Part shown: positions 49,401-58,563 of the stretch, one piece after another
Position numbering within the stretch: the stretch's first letter is position 1
Layout of the letters: every line of letters begins with the position of its first letter
Translations under genes and position numbers: made by a program
Notes under the pieces: model-generated
Database searches by the model: none
Told to the model about the DNA's origin: nothing
Seen by the model: only the letters and a program-made list of their open reading frames with translations
From: Treponemataceae bacterium
Lineage (GTDB): Bacteria; Spirochaetota; Spirochaetia; Treponematales; Rectinemataceae
DNA length: 64,000 nt
Direction: 5' to 3'
Assembly: GCA_963678065.2 (NCBI GenBank)
Contig: CAXXVZ010000003.1
Coordinates: 256,001 to 320,000 of the forward strand

Positions 49401-49488
49401 CCTCTCTGCCTCAGCCCGCAGCCACTTCCTTGCCATTCCCATCTTCGCCGAAATCCTGTCGAATTTTCACGAAACGACCCAAAATTGA
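46480..49488 (+). CDS. Class III adenylate/guanylate cyclase fused to a P-loop ATPase and helical repeats
   Basis: ERRTVTVLFSD, EKYIGDA, HEDDPVRA, FVGRSDEL, GDAGLGKSRL, GYPLFIEE, FRHA. Confidence 0.88.
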   Translation: MTVPSPDNAISDLSLREGERRTVTVLFSDMQDFTRFSSGSDPEVVDALMSRVFDAFESVVLSRGGMVEKYIGDALVAVFGYPVLHEDDPVRALDAALEFNAAVAALSSSPPVFRTGIHTGLVATGRRGQFDVVTGHTMSCASRIEGRSMPGQVLVSEETVERCRNFFVFGDIQRFMPKGDSQILTVRPLIGRRRASVQYETPFVGRSDELDSLVGAFVRPMGSERYGIYIHGDAGLGKSRLAVEFCTRLKRYPEFHSLILFANPSLYPELPYSTILRLILDALDLDSSVSLASIQVALLRLMPSPPRELSTVLECLLRVSRPGASSSPGPAQAQLRQMGEGQILDVLAGVFDAIFSSCCSIYPGLVILDNASMMDELSRGFFRHYLSGSGERPFFVLCDRAPHKEIASIFGISNLIALDTLADDESTELVRLLAGSQVDGALVERIVQLAQGYPLFIEEYARLAARGRSMDEMPDTVQTAVLSSMDRFEPEPRSLLPRVSVFKYPFTCEAAAMMAGMEPFPVRNLEDCLARLVEDGILVRGTSGFYGFRHARIREALYGSILNHNKRILHGRAAEALLAYTPSREDEILYHLVGAQDWEKARAYLFNIVTSLGIDSEPVVRRLLEATGPDMPEARIEMLFKEYAVRFNNHVYEGLEDILFEMHRLACSTKLDAPLARTYHLFMTYYLKFGDPYAAVRFGERALDRYASGTNPRGASNARFFLSEAYCRLGNYSRSLEILADIPCDNPQGELFHAKTMLIHKQYRSDYAGIEEWRLRVLELETKAGNEKAMLDAKFLWYSYMLQNFEIDRVDESGLPEATSGADVDTSFFFNASVASALARTGRKEEATERFSRAEYFAAQMPGSDMECAADMWLAWSYWFAPGNAQRAGFWARRALDAALSSRSVWLEFESLVFLAMHARDSGDTVLYTSYIREAESLSRWTFHRERRVESIFHFLKGDPARARDLLADEVASLLSASARSHFLAIPIFAEILSNFHETTQN

Positions 49489-49513
49489 CAGTAGCAGTAT
49501 TTCAGCCTAGAAT
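49485..49513 (+). promoter_or_regulatory. Near-consensus sigma70 promoter
   Basis: TTGACA-17-TAGAAT. Confidence 0.7.
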
Positions 49514-49842
49514 CATTCTCCAATGCGTCGTTTCGTGCTCCGCGCAACTTCTACGAGCATCAACTTTCGTTCAGCGGCCAGGTTTCGGGCGATAATCTGG
49601 CTGTCGTATGCGACGAGTACCCCTGGTACCTCAAAAATGAATCGCCTGTAGGCATCCTCCGCGAACTGAACGACTTCTCGGATATCCTGGCCTGGAATAA
49701 TTCCGCCGCGCGCCTGGGCGAAGTAGCCCAGCCTGTCGTGTACCGTTTTTATAAAATAGCGGGCGCAAAACCAAGACCACGTTTTGTGATCCAGCCTGGA
49801 ATCGTGCCGGCGGAGCTGCACAAAATCTATACAAACCCATAA
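49495..49842 (+). pseudogene. Start-less open frame, probable gene remnant
   Basis: About 115 open codons (..FYEHQLSFSGQVSGDNLAVVCDEYPWYLK...KIYTNP*) with host-like C/G-ending codons and no early in-frame ATG/GTG/TTG. Confidence 0.4.
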
Positions 49843-49880
49843 ATCGCTATCAGCGAAGTCGAATTTTCATCCCTTCAGAT

Positions 49881-51584
49881 TCATCCCTCCCTCTTCGGGT
49901 ACAGGAATCGTTTGATTTTCTGTGTAGGCGTCTTCTCGAAAGGCTCTTTCTGTATCTTGACCTTCCCTATCCGCGAGAAGGCTGCGAGTCTCTCGTTCGC
50001 TTCTTTTTTGACTTTCTCGAGTAGCTGTGCGGCCGCTTTTTCTGCGGCCTTCTCCGCGTCCGAGACAGCCTGTCCGAGGCGCGTAGCAGCTTCCCCGGCT
50101 TCCTCAATTCCGTCCCGCAATCGGGCTTCCAGGTTTTCCCATACTTCAGGCTTCAGGTGTATGAGCGCTGTCAGTCCCGATTCGTCGCCGTAAACCAGCG
50201 ATTCGTTGACATAGGGAGATCGATTGATGACGGCTTCGATTTCCTCGGGGTAAATGTTCTCACCGGAGGCGCCGAGAATCATGTTCTTGAGCCTGCCGCG
50301 CACGAAGACAGTACCCTTGGAGTCGATGTAGCCGAGATCTCCTGTCCTGAACCAGCCGTCATCGGTGAAGGCCTCTTTTGTGCGTTCAGGGTCCTTGAAG
50401 TATCCTTTGAAGATGTTGGGTCCCTTGGCCTGGATTTCGCCTTCGCCCGAATCGGGCCGCGGGTCCGCGATGCGCAGGCTCACTCCCTTCAGCGCGGGGC
50501 CAGTGGAATGCAGTCGTGTCTTCGCCGGGTTGCAGCCGGCGAGAAGCGGCGAAGTCTCTGTGAGGCCGTAGCCGATAGCGTAGGGAAATCCCGCCGTTTT
50601 CAGAAACTGCTCGACGTCGGGGGCGAGGGGGGCGCCACCTACGCCGAAAAAGCGGATATGGCCGCCGAAAGTTTTCTTGAGCTTCATGCCGGCGAGGAAC
50701 TCGAGGATAGGCTTGAAGAAGGGTTTCTTGTACAGTTTCATCGCCTCGAGGGCAGGTTTTACGCTGGAACGGTAGATTTTTTCGATGACGAGGGGCACGG
50801 AGAGCATGATGGTCGGCTTGACAGTTTTGAGAGCGGGCAGGAGTGCCGTCGCCGAGGGCGGTCTGTCCATGTAGTACATGGCTGATCCGGCCATGAGTGG
50901 AATTGTGAAGCCGATCGTGAACTCGTAGGTGTGCGCGATCGGCAGGATGGAGAGGAGTCTGTCCAGCCTGTGCAGGATAATGATAGAGCGGCAGGCAATG
51001 GCGTTCGAGATGACGTTCCGGTGGCTCAGCATGACGCCTTTGGAGAGTCCTGTCGTTCCCGAAGTGTAGACGATCTCGAGTATGTCGTCCGCCAGGATTT
51101 TCGGCTTCACGAAGCCCTGCACCGCCTTTTCGATATCGGCTTGTGCGAGCGCCGTTGTTCCTGCGGGGCCCGCAATGAAGTTGGAGTCTTCAGCGGAGAT
51201 GAGTATGCGCCGGTCCGCTTCCGTCTCGACTTTGGGAAGGAATCGCTTCGAGACGATCACGGCCTTCGCGCCCGAGTGCTCGAGTATGTTGGCGATCTGT
51301 TCGGATGTGAAATCGGTCAGGATAGGCACGAGCATGACGCCCGTGCGAGTGGCTCCGAGGTAGGAGATGCCCCAGAATGGCGAACTCTCGGCGATGAGGG
51401 CGACGCGATCTCCTTGTTTGAGACCATAGGCGGAGAGAATGGCTGCCACCCGCAGAGTCTTCGCTCCCAGTTCGCCGTAGCTCACCGCCCTGCCTCCGAC
51501 CATGCCGAATACGGGCCGCTCGGCGTACCGGGCGGAGCTTTTTTCTATGATCTCGGGGAATGTATAGTCTTTTAGTTCATACAT
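49881..51584 (-). CDS. Long-chain acyl-CoA synthetase (AMP-binding)
   Basis: YTSGTTGLSKG, GYGLTETSP, WFRTGDLG, GENIYPEEIE; GGAGG RBS before ATG 51584. Confidence 0.93.
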   Translation of the reverse strand: MYELKDYTFPEIIEKSSARYAERPVFGMVGGRAVSYGELGAKTLRVAAILSAYGLKQGDRVALIAESSPFWGISYLGATRTGVMLVPILTDFTSEQIANILEHSGAKAVIVSKRFLPKVETEADRRILISAEDSNFIAGPAGTTALAQADIEKAVQGFVKPKILADDILEIVYTSGTTGLSKGVMLSHRNVISNAIACRSIIILHRLDRLLSILPIAHTYEFTIGFTIPLMAGSAMYYMDRPPSATALLPALKTVKPTIMLSVPLVIEKIYRSSVKPALEAMKLYKKPFFKPILEFLAGMKLKKTFGGHIRFFGVGGAPLAPDVEQFLKTAGFPYAIGYGLTETSPLLAGCNPAKTRLHSTGPALKGVSLRIADPRPDSGEGEIQAKGPNIFKGYFKDPERTKEAFTDDGWFRTGDLGYIDSKGTVFVRGRLKNMILGASGENIYPEEIEAVINRSPYVNESLVYGDESGLTALIHLKPEVWENLEARLRDGIEEAGEAATRLGQAVSDAEKAAEKAAAQLLEKVKKEANERLAAFSRIGKVKIQKEPFEKTPTQKIKRFLYPKREG

Positions 51585-51727
51585 GCGGACATCCTCCTTG
51601 GGGACGCGCCGTGATAATGCAGCATCAGTATTGATGACGCGTCCTTCGGAGGCTGTCAAGCTCAGGATCTGGAAGCCATGGATCTGGAAGCCGCCGGAAC
51701 GGCTGTCTTCACGAAGTCGCAGAGACT

Positions 51728-54139
51728 TCAGGGACTGAGCACCTCGACGAGGGCGATAGAGGCGGAGGCACTGTTGCCGGCAAGCACGATGCTTGTTCCC
51801 GCCAGCGCCGATCCCACGGTGCCCGTGATTCCGTACATGTCTTCCCCGCTGGGCTCAAGGAGAGAGGCGGGGCCAGGGATGCCTGACGCTCCATCACGGG
51901 GCAGGAAGAGAAGTCCCTGTTCTCCTGAAAGCACGATGAAGTCTCCGCCTCCCCCTCCCCGGCTGCCGGAGTGGATCGTGCTGCATTCCCCGCCTGCCCC
52001 CGGCAGTGTAGTCGATGCTAGAGGGATGAAGGTGGAACCCACTCCATCCTTCCTGAAATGCTTGATGGCCTTTCGGTCACATAGAACATAGAGATCGTTC
52101 CCCTCCGGAGAGAAGGCCAGTGATTCGGGGTTAGTGAAGTCGCCGCCAGCTTGGGCCTTCTCGACCGTCTGCGAAAGACCGAGGCCTGTGATTCCCGGAA
52201 CAAAGAGGAAGATTCGTGACGACGATAAAGAGCTCGCTGCCACGCCGCCCCACGCTGCCACTGCGAGTCCCGACATGCCGAGACTCGTGCCGGGATAGAG
52301 TGCGTCGATGTCGAAGCGCTGTTCGAGCTCCGGCACGAAGCCTGAACTTTCCGGCATCCTGAGAGTGTACAGGGACTCCGGGCTATTAGAGAGAACGTAG
52401 AGGCGCTTTGAGTCCGGGGAGAAGGCGATGGCCTTCACTGAGGAGAGCTCCGCGAATCCGGAACTTGCGGACGTGAGATCGTATGCCGCGGATTTCCTGC
52501 CCGCCGCGTCGAGCTCGTAGATTCTGAGCCAGGTCGAGCTGGAGCCCGCTGCCGCGGCGAATCTTCCGTTGGCAGAGAGCGCAAGTCTGTCCGGCGTGCG
52601 TGCGGACGAATTGATCCGGACTTCATCTTTCCAGAGCCGGAAAAGCTCGCCTTCGCCTGTGATCCTGAAGGCGTGGACAGCCGATGGCGCGTCGAGTCCC
52701 GCGGCCATGAGAATTCCTGGTTTTCCGCTCGCTGCGACGGCCTTGACGGGAGTAGGGGAATCGGACCCGGGCGCTGATCCGGGACTTCCTGGGAAGAGCG
52801 AGGCTCCGGTAACCGCTTTCGCTTCATACAGCGACTTCCACGCGAGGCTCGCGTTTGCGGGGCCTGTAGCGAACTCGTAGAGAGCGCCCATCGAGCCCTG
52901 GCGCCCGGAAACGGGGTTGCGTGCGAGCACGTCGAGCCGTACAACGCTCGGCAGAGTGGAGACATCCATTGCCGCGCCGGGTGTGAAGATCGGCAGGTCG
53001 GCAGGCCATCCCGCCGGTGTTGGCGCGACGGTCGAACTTCCCTCCGGGTTCCCGTTCATCTTCCATGACAGAGTAGTTCCCGCTTCAGCCCCTGCGAGAC
53101 TGGGTTGAAAGGGTAGAAGACTCGTGGCTTTGTGCCGTACAGGGAGAAGCATGCCGGAAATCGGCTCGACCGACACCGGCGTCAGATTCATCGTGATGCC
53201 AGGTGTCCCGAGCTCGAGGCGGCAGCTCCCCCTCGTCTCGAATCCCGCGAGGATGAGCACGGTCTCGCTCGCGCCGGCCAGTGTTCCTCTCCCGTCCGCG
53301 AGTGATAGCTCGAGGGTGTAGAACCCTGCAGGAACTTCGGTGATCTCGACCAACGACGCGCCCCATTCGAGGTCGATGGGGAAGCTTGTAGTCAGGCTGG
53401 GCCTGCCCGCGGCCTGGGCAGGTCCGTCCACGGGGGACAGCGAACCTCGTATCCTGCTACCGGAAGGCGGTGCGAGGCTCGACGACAGTTCCACTGCGAA
53501 GCTTCCGTTCCCTTCCACGGGCAGCATTTTCAGATCGAGACTCGAGCTCCGGCTCGCCTCGAGAAGGACAGTCCCCCGCGCTGTGGCCACGGATTTTGCC
53601 GTGGATGTGAGCGCTCTGACGGTGATCTCCCAGGAGCCGGGCGCCAGGTTTGCGCTCAAGGATGTCCTGCTTGTCTCTTTATTGAAAACCGCTCCTCCGG
53701 GCCCGGTTCCCGAAACGGCGTACCGTGACGTAGCCCAGGATTCTCCCGGCGCGATTGTCCTGCCGGCAGCCTCTGCTTCCCTGATCCCCGACGCCGACGG
53801 ACTCATTCCGGCTATGGAAAAAAGCTCCGGATCGAGCTTGAACCTGAGTTCGAGCGACGCTCCAGATGACCCGGAGATGGGCGCGCAGCAAAAACAGAGC
53901 GTCGCAAGTGCGATTGAGCCGAGCACAAGGAACCAGATGCCGCAGACAGCCTGGAAGCGTCGTCTCGTGCGCTGCGCGGGATACTCAGGGTATCCGGGAT
54001 TCCCATGATAGCCCGCACACGGGAATGCCGTGCCCGGTTTCTTGCGGGGAAGACGAGGGGGAACGGGAAGGGCTGCGGGGGGCAGAGGTAATCCCGGCAA
54101 TCCCGGGACACAGAGATACGAATTGAACGCGTGTGCCAT
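51728..54139 (-). CDS. Large putative lipoprotein with beta-sandwich regions and a C-terminal beta-propeller
   Basis: GGAGG RBS before ATG 54139; hydrophobic stretch ending LATLCFCC; propeller-like repeats LALSANGRF, IAFSPDSKRLYV, LAFSPEGNDLYV. Confidence 0.65.
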   Translation of the reverse strand: MAHAFNSYLCVPGLPGLPLPPAALPVPPRLPRKKPGTAFPCAGYHGNPGYPEYPAQRTRRRFQAVCGIWFLVLGSIALATLCFCCAPISGSSGASLELRFKLDPELFSIAGMSPSASGIREAEAAGRTIAPGESWATSRYAVSGTGPGGAVFNKETSRTSLSANLAPGSWEITVRALTSTAKSVATARGTVLLEASRSSSLDLKMLPVEGNGSFAVELSSSLAPPSGSRIRGSLSPVDGPAQAAGRPSLTTSFPIDLEWGASLVEITEVPAGFYTLELSLADGRGTLAGASETVLILAGFETRGSCRLELGTPGITMNLTPVSVEPISGMLLPVRHKATSLLPFQPSLAGAEAGTTLSWKMNGNPEGSSTVAPTPAGWPADLPIFTPGAAMDVSTLPSVVRLDVLARNPVSGRQGSMGALYEFATGPANASLAWKSLYEAKAVTGASLFPGSPGSAPGSDSPTPVKAVAASGKPGILMAAGLDAPSAVHAFRITGEGELFRLWKDEVRINSSARTPDRLALSANGRFAAAAGSSSTWLRIYELDAAGRKSAAYDLTSASSGFAELSSVKAIAFSPDSKRLYVLSNSPESLYTLRMPESSGFVPELEQRFDIDALYPGTSLGMSGLAVAAWGGVAASSLSSSRIFLFVPGITGLGLSQTVEKAQAGGDFTNPESLAFSPEGNDLYVLCDRKAIKHFRKDGVGSTFIPLASTTLPGAGGECSTIHSGSRGGGGGDFIVLSGEQGLLFLPRDGASGIPGPASLLEPSGEDMYGITGTVGSALAGTSIVLAGNSASASIALVEVLSP

Positions 54140-54290
54140 GAATGATCCTCCATGCAAGGACATCGCCTGAGTAAACGGATTTTGATTGAAACCTTCGCTG
54201 GTTTTTCGTATTTTTGTATTTATTGCCGAGTGACCGCGCGAGGGTTCGCGATTTCCTTCTCCGGGAGCCTTCCCCGAAGCCTCGCCTTTG

Positions 54291-54319
54291 TTGCCTAAGC
54301 CCGGCAGGCTCTGTATAAT
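54291..54319 (+). promoter_or_regulatory. Sigma70 promoter for glgA
   Basis: TTGCCT-17-TATAAT; GGAGG RBS downstream. Confidence 0.75.
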
Positions 54320-54361
54320 CAATTTCCCGTCCCACGATGTTCTGCAGGAGGACCGAGAGCC

Positions 54362-55855
54362 GTGAAAATACTCATGGTCACGAGCGAAGCCATTCCCTTT
54401 GCGAAGTCCGGGGGGCTCGGCGATGCCGTTTCGGCCCTCTCCCGCGCGCTCTCCCGCCTGGGCCACGATGTCCGTATCGTCATGCCCCGCTATTATTCCA
54501 TAGATCGCTATTCTCTCGAGCGCATGGAAGGCGCCATGGGCGTGCCGGTCGGCGAGGGCGAGGAGTGGACGGCCGTCTACCGCGGAAAGCTCCCGGGCTC
54601 CGGAGTCGAGATCTACTTCATCGACCACGAGAGGCTCTACGGACGGGAAGGCGTGTATGGCGACAAAGCCACGCCCGACTTTCCCGACAATCCTCAGCGC
54701 TTCGGCCTCCTCGCGCGCGCCGCCTTCCAGCTCTGCCGCAAAATCTCCTGGATTCCCGATATAATCCAGGGCAACGACTGGCCCGGCGCCCTCTCGGCGG
54801 TCTTCCTGCGCCATGTCGAGCGCCAGAAGGACTTCGCCGGCACCGCCAGCGTCTTCTCGATCCACAACCTCGGCTACCAGGGAATCTATCCGAAGGATGA
54901 CTTCCCTTATTTTCAGCTTCCCTGGGAACTCTTCCACTCAGCCGGATTCGAGTTCTATGACAGGCTCAACATGCTCAAGGCCGCCTTGCGTTCCGCCGAC
55001 AGTCTCGCCACCGTCTCTCCGACGTATGCGCGGGAGATCCAGACTCCCTCCTTCGGCTTCGGCATGGACGGAATCCTGCGCTCGCGCAGCTCCGACTTGG
55101 TCGGCATCATCAACGGGATCGACGCGGAGGACTGGAACCCTTCCCTCGATCCCCTCATCCCCGCCCGCTACACGGCGACGGAGCTCTCCGGAAAATCTCT
55201 CTGCAAGACAGCCCTCCAGAAGGCATTCGGACTGCCGATCCGCCCCGAGGTGCCGATCGTCGGCATGATCTCGCGCCTCGCCGACCAGAAAGGGGTGGGG
55301 GAGCTCTTCGGCCCTGGCTACGGCGCCGCCTTCGGCCTCTGCAGGGACATGGACCTCCAGTTCGTCATTCTCGGCTCAGGTGAGCGTTGGTGCGAGGAGG
55401 AGCTTCGAACCCTCTCGTCGACCCTGCCCAACTTCCGTGCGCGGATCGGCTACGACGAGAAGATAGCCCACCTCATCGAGGCCGGCAGCGATTTCTTCAT
55501 GATGCCGAGCCGCTACGAACCCTGCGGTCTCAATCAGATGTATTCCCTCGCCTACGGCACGCTTCCCATAGTCCACAGGACAGGCGGGCTCGCCGACACG
55601 GTCGAGAACTACAATCAGGAGACCGGCTCGGGCGTCGGCTTCATGTTCGACAACCTTACGCCCCGCGCCATCTACGACACGACGGGCTGGGCAGTCTGGG
55701 CATGGTACAACAGACCAGAACACATCCAGGCTATGCGCGTCAGGGCCATGGGCCGCGATTTCCCTTGGGAACGCAGCGCCGCGCAGTACGTCAAGCTCTA
55801 TGAGAGGACTCTCGCCGCTGTACGCGGCACAGCGAGTCCCGGTCGACGGGAGTGA
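54362..55855 (+). CDS. glgA: Glycogen synthase
   Basis: KSGGLGD, TVSPTYA, ISRLADQKG, MPSRYEPCGLNQM, TGGLADTV. Confidence 0.96.
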   Translation: MKILMVTSEAIPFAKSGGLGDAVSALSRALSRLGHDVRIVMPRYYSIDRYSLERMEGAMGVPVGEGEEWTAVYRGKLPGSGVEIYFIDHERLYGREGVYGDKATPDFPDNPQRFGLLARAAFQLCRKISWIPDIIQGNDWPGALSAVFLRHVERQKDFAGTASVFSIHNLGYQGIYPKDDFPYFQLPWELFHSAGFEFYDRLNMLKAALRSADSLATVSPTYAREIQTPSFGFGMDGILRSRSSDLVGIINGIDAEDWNPSLDPLIPARYTATELSGKSLCKTALQKAFGLPIRPEVPIVGMISRLADQKGVGELFGPGYGAAFGLCRDMDLQFVILGSGERWCEEELRTLSSTLPNFRARIGYDEKIAHLIEAGSDFFMMPSRYEPCGLNQMYSLAYGTLPIVHRTGGLADTVENYNQETGSGVGFMFDNLTPRAIYDTTGWAVWAWYNRPEHIQAMRVRAMGRDFPWERSAAQYVKLYERTLAAVRGTASPGRRE

Positions 55856-57402
55856 TGATGAGCGAGAAACAGACCAAAGTCTACGATTACAATGTCGACA
55901 AGGTGCGCGAAAAACTTGTCGACGTCTTCCGTTCGCGCCGCAACGAGGCGACGGTCGCCGACCTCATCGCCACGACGGGACTTCCCGCCATTCAGGTTCA
56001 GACGGAATTGCCCGCGGTGTCCGACGAGTACGGGGCCCGCCTCAGGGTCACGGAATCGGGCGAGATACTCTACTCCTTCCCCGATGGCATGAAATCCCGT
56101 TACCGGGGCTTCGTGGCTGGCCTCAAGCGGTTCTGGAAAGGTACGAAGAAGGTCGCGACTGCCGTGGGAACGGCGGTCTTCAAGGGTTGGATCGTCCTCA
56201 TGCTCGTCGGCTACTTCGTCCTCTTCATCGCCCTCGCGCTCTTCGCTCTCGTGGCCTCGGTGGCCATCTCCCAGGGCGGTGGGTCGAGCGATTCCCGGAG
56301 TTCGAGCCGCCGCGGCGGCGGCCTCGGCGGTCTCATGCTCACGGGTCGGCTCTTCGACACCATCATCCGCATCTGGTTCTATTCAGAGCTTTTCAAATCC
56401 CCGGAACAGCGCGCGTACGCCCGTTCCCACCGGGGCTCAGGCGAGAGCGACGAGCAGCGCAGGCCCCTGCACAAGGCCGTCTTCTCCCACGTTTTCGGCG
56501 ATGGCGATCCCGACGCCGCCTGGGCCGAGGCCGAAAAGAAGGCTGTCGTCGCCTTCCTCCAGTCCAACCGGGGTGTCATCACAATGCCCGAGTTCATGTC
56601 CATCACGGGCCAGAAACCCACTGAGGCCGAGCTCGCCATCAACCGCTACATGCTCGAATTCGGCGGCACGCCCGAAGTGACTTCCGAAGGAACCATCTAT
56701 TACAACTTCCCCGAGCTTCTCCGGCGCAAGGATACGGCTGACCGGAGCTACGGTTTCTCCGTCCTCTTGAAGCGCATGGCCGCCTTCTCTTCCAATTCCA
56801 AAAAAGCCGACACGACTTTCCGTCTCATCAACCTCGCCAACATCCTCTTCGGGGGGTATTTCCTCTACGGGGCCCTCTCGGTGGGGCAGTCCTGGTTTTA
56901 TCAGACACCGAAAGGCCTCGCTCTCCGCGGTGGCCTCGATTTCTTCTATTCTATCACCGCCTACCTCTTCGGCGGCATCATGAACATCCCCAACCCTGTC
57001 ACCCTCATAACCTGGGGTCTCGGCGTGACTCCCCTCGTCTTCTCGGCTCTCTTCTACCTCGTCCCCATGATCCGCGGACAAAGACTTACGTCCCGCAACG
57101 AGAAGGCGAGGTTCGAGAACCTGCGCCGAGTCGTCTACCGCGCTATCTGGGACAGACCGCGCGGCTTCCGTCCCGAAGCCATTCCCGCGGGTGGCGCAGA
57201 GATCACGCCCAAAGACCCTGGCCGCGCCACCGCAGTCATCGTGGACGAGGTGGCGGCTTGGTCCGGCGGCGAGCCCGTCTCTGACGGTTCCTGGAATTTC
57301 GACGAACTCGAGCGCACTCGCCGCGAAGTCCAGACCGTCCGCGCCAACGTGGATCCCTCGAAGTACGACCTCGGTCAGACTGTCTTCGACAGCCACTCCT
57401 GA
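55852..57402 (+). CDS. Uncharacterised membrane protein with two wHTH-like repeats
   Basis: TVADL...LRVTESGEILYSFP and PEVTSEGTIYYNFPEL; TM segments; GTGA overlap with glgA. Confidence 0.75.
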   Translation: MMMSEKQTKVYDYNVDKVREKLVDVFRSRRNEATVADLIATTGLPAIQVQTELPAVSDEYGARLRVTESGEILYSFPDGMKSRYRGFVAGLKRFWKGTKKVATAVGTAVFKGWIVLMLVGYFVLFIALALFALVASVAISQGGGSSDSRSSSRRGGGLGGLMLTGRLFDTIIRIWFYSELFKSPEQRAYARSHRGSGESDEQRRPLHKAVFSHVFGDGDPDAAWAEAEKKAVVAFLQSNRGVITMPEFMSITGQKPTEAELAINRYMLEFGGTPEVTSEGTIYYNFPELLRRKDTADRSYGFSVLLKRMAAFSSNSKKADTTFRLINLANILFGGYFLYGALSVGQSWFYQTPKGLALRGGLDFFYSITAYLFGGIMNIPNPVTLITWGLGVTPLVFSALFYLVPMIRGQRLTSRNEKARFENLRRVVYRAIWDRPRGFRPEAIPAGGAEITPKDPGRATAVIVDEVAAWSGGEPVSDGSWNFDELERTRREVQTVRANVDPSKYDLGQTVFDSHS

Positions 57403-57423
57403 CACTCCGCACTGGCAGCCGAC

Positions 57424-58449
57424 GTGAGCCACCACACATCCCATCCAGATGGCAGAGGTATAATCCTCGCCTTTGCCTCCGCGGCGGGATTCTCGACCCT
57501 CTCCCTCTTCGCCAAGCTCATCTACGCCGAGGGCTTCTCAGTCCAGCAGACCCTCGCCTGGCGCTTCACACTCGCCTCCGTCTTCCTCCTCATCCTCGTT
57601 TACGCCCGCCATTCCGCCGCCAAAGCCTCTCGGGCGCCCGCAACTGCCTTCATGGCCACCCTCTCTGCCGAGCCTTCCGTCGCAGCCACCGGCTGGGCTT
57701 CGGGCCCTCTCGTCCTCGGACTTCCCCGCGCGCGTCTTTTGCCCGTCATCCTCCTCGGGCTTTTCGGCTTCGCCCCCCAGGCCGGTCTCTTCTTCCTCAC
57801 TGTCAAAATCCTGGACCCCGGAATCACGGGTCTCTTGCTGTACCTGTATCCCTCCTTCGTCGTCCTCTTCTCTTTCGTTTTTCTGAAGAAGAAGCCGGTC
57901 ACGATACAGATCCTCGCCCTCGTCCTTTCCCTCGGAGGCTGCGCTCTGACCTTCTTCAAGGCTGGACGCTACCCGGCGGTCGGCCTCGCACTCGGGGCCT
58001 TCGTGGCCCTGGCCTACGCCGCCTACCTCGTCGCCGGCGAGAAAGTCCTCGCCGGCCTCGACCCCGTCGGCGCCACCGCGGTCATCATGCTGGTCGCCGC
58101 GATCGTCTACTGGACCTTCGTCATCTTTTCCGGCATTCCCCCTCGCGCCCCCAAAAGCCTCGTCTCGATCCTCGGCTTTCTCGGCGTCTCTCTCGTCTCC
58201 ACGGTCCTGCCCATCACGACCCTCTTCATGGCCATGGAGCGAATCGGCGCCGCTGACACTTCCCTCGTCTCCACCGTCGAACCCGTCTTCACCCTCATCA
58301 TGTCCGCCCTCCTCGTCGGCGAACGCCTCGGCGCCCCCCAACTCGCCGGCGGAGCCCTCATTCTGTCCGCAGTCATTCTCCTCCGCTTCGCCCCCGCCGC
58401 TTCCGCCACGGCTTTCGAACGCATCCTCCCCCCCTCGAAACACCCCTGA
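57424..58449 (+). CDS. EamA/DMT family transporter
   Basis: About 10 TM segments; LAWRF, LYLYP, STVEPV...GERL motifs. Confidence 0.88.
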   Translation: MSHHTSHPDGRGIILAFASAAGFSTLSLFAKLIYAEGFSVQQTLAWRFTLASVFLLILVYARHSAAKASRAPATAFMATLSAEPSVAATGWASGPLVLGLPRARLLPVILLGLFGFAPQAGLFFLTVKILDPGITGLLLYLYPSFVVLFSFVFLKKKPVTIQILALVLSLGGCALTFFKAGRYPAVGLALGAFVALAYAAYLVAGEKVLAGLDPVGATAVIMLVAAIVYWTFVIFSGIPPRAPKSLVSILGFLGVSLVSTVLPITTLFMAMERIGAADTSLVSTVEPVFTLIMSALLVGERLGAPQLAGGALILSAVILLRFAPAASATAFERILPPSKHP

Positions 58450-58563
58450 GCCCATAACCCCTCATCTGCAATCTCTCTCCTCCATCCTGAAATCCTGTCA
58501 TCTCCCTTCTGTTGCCAGGGCTGAGAGGCGAGAAGTTCGGACTTGTACGGAGACGAAACGGTT

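Noticed and set aside
49513..49821. 102-aa minus-strand ORF as a real gene
   Set aside because: No RBS or motif seen; it mirrors a + frame with better codon usage and a promoter. Not fully excluded.
54140..54937. N-terminal 266 aa of the 1069-aa minus ORF
   Set aside because: Overlaps glgA antisense and its promoter; a good RBS and ATG exist at 54139.
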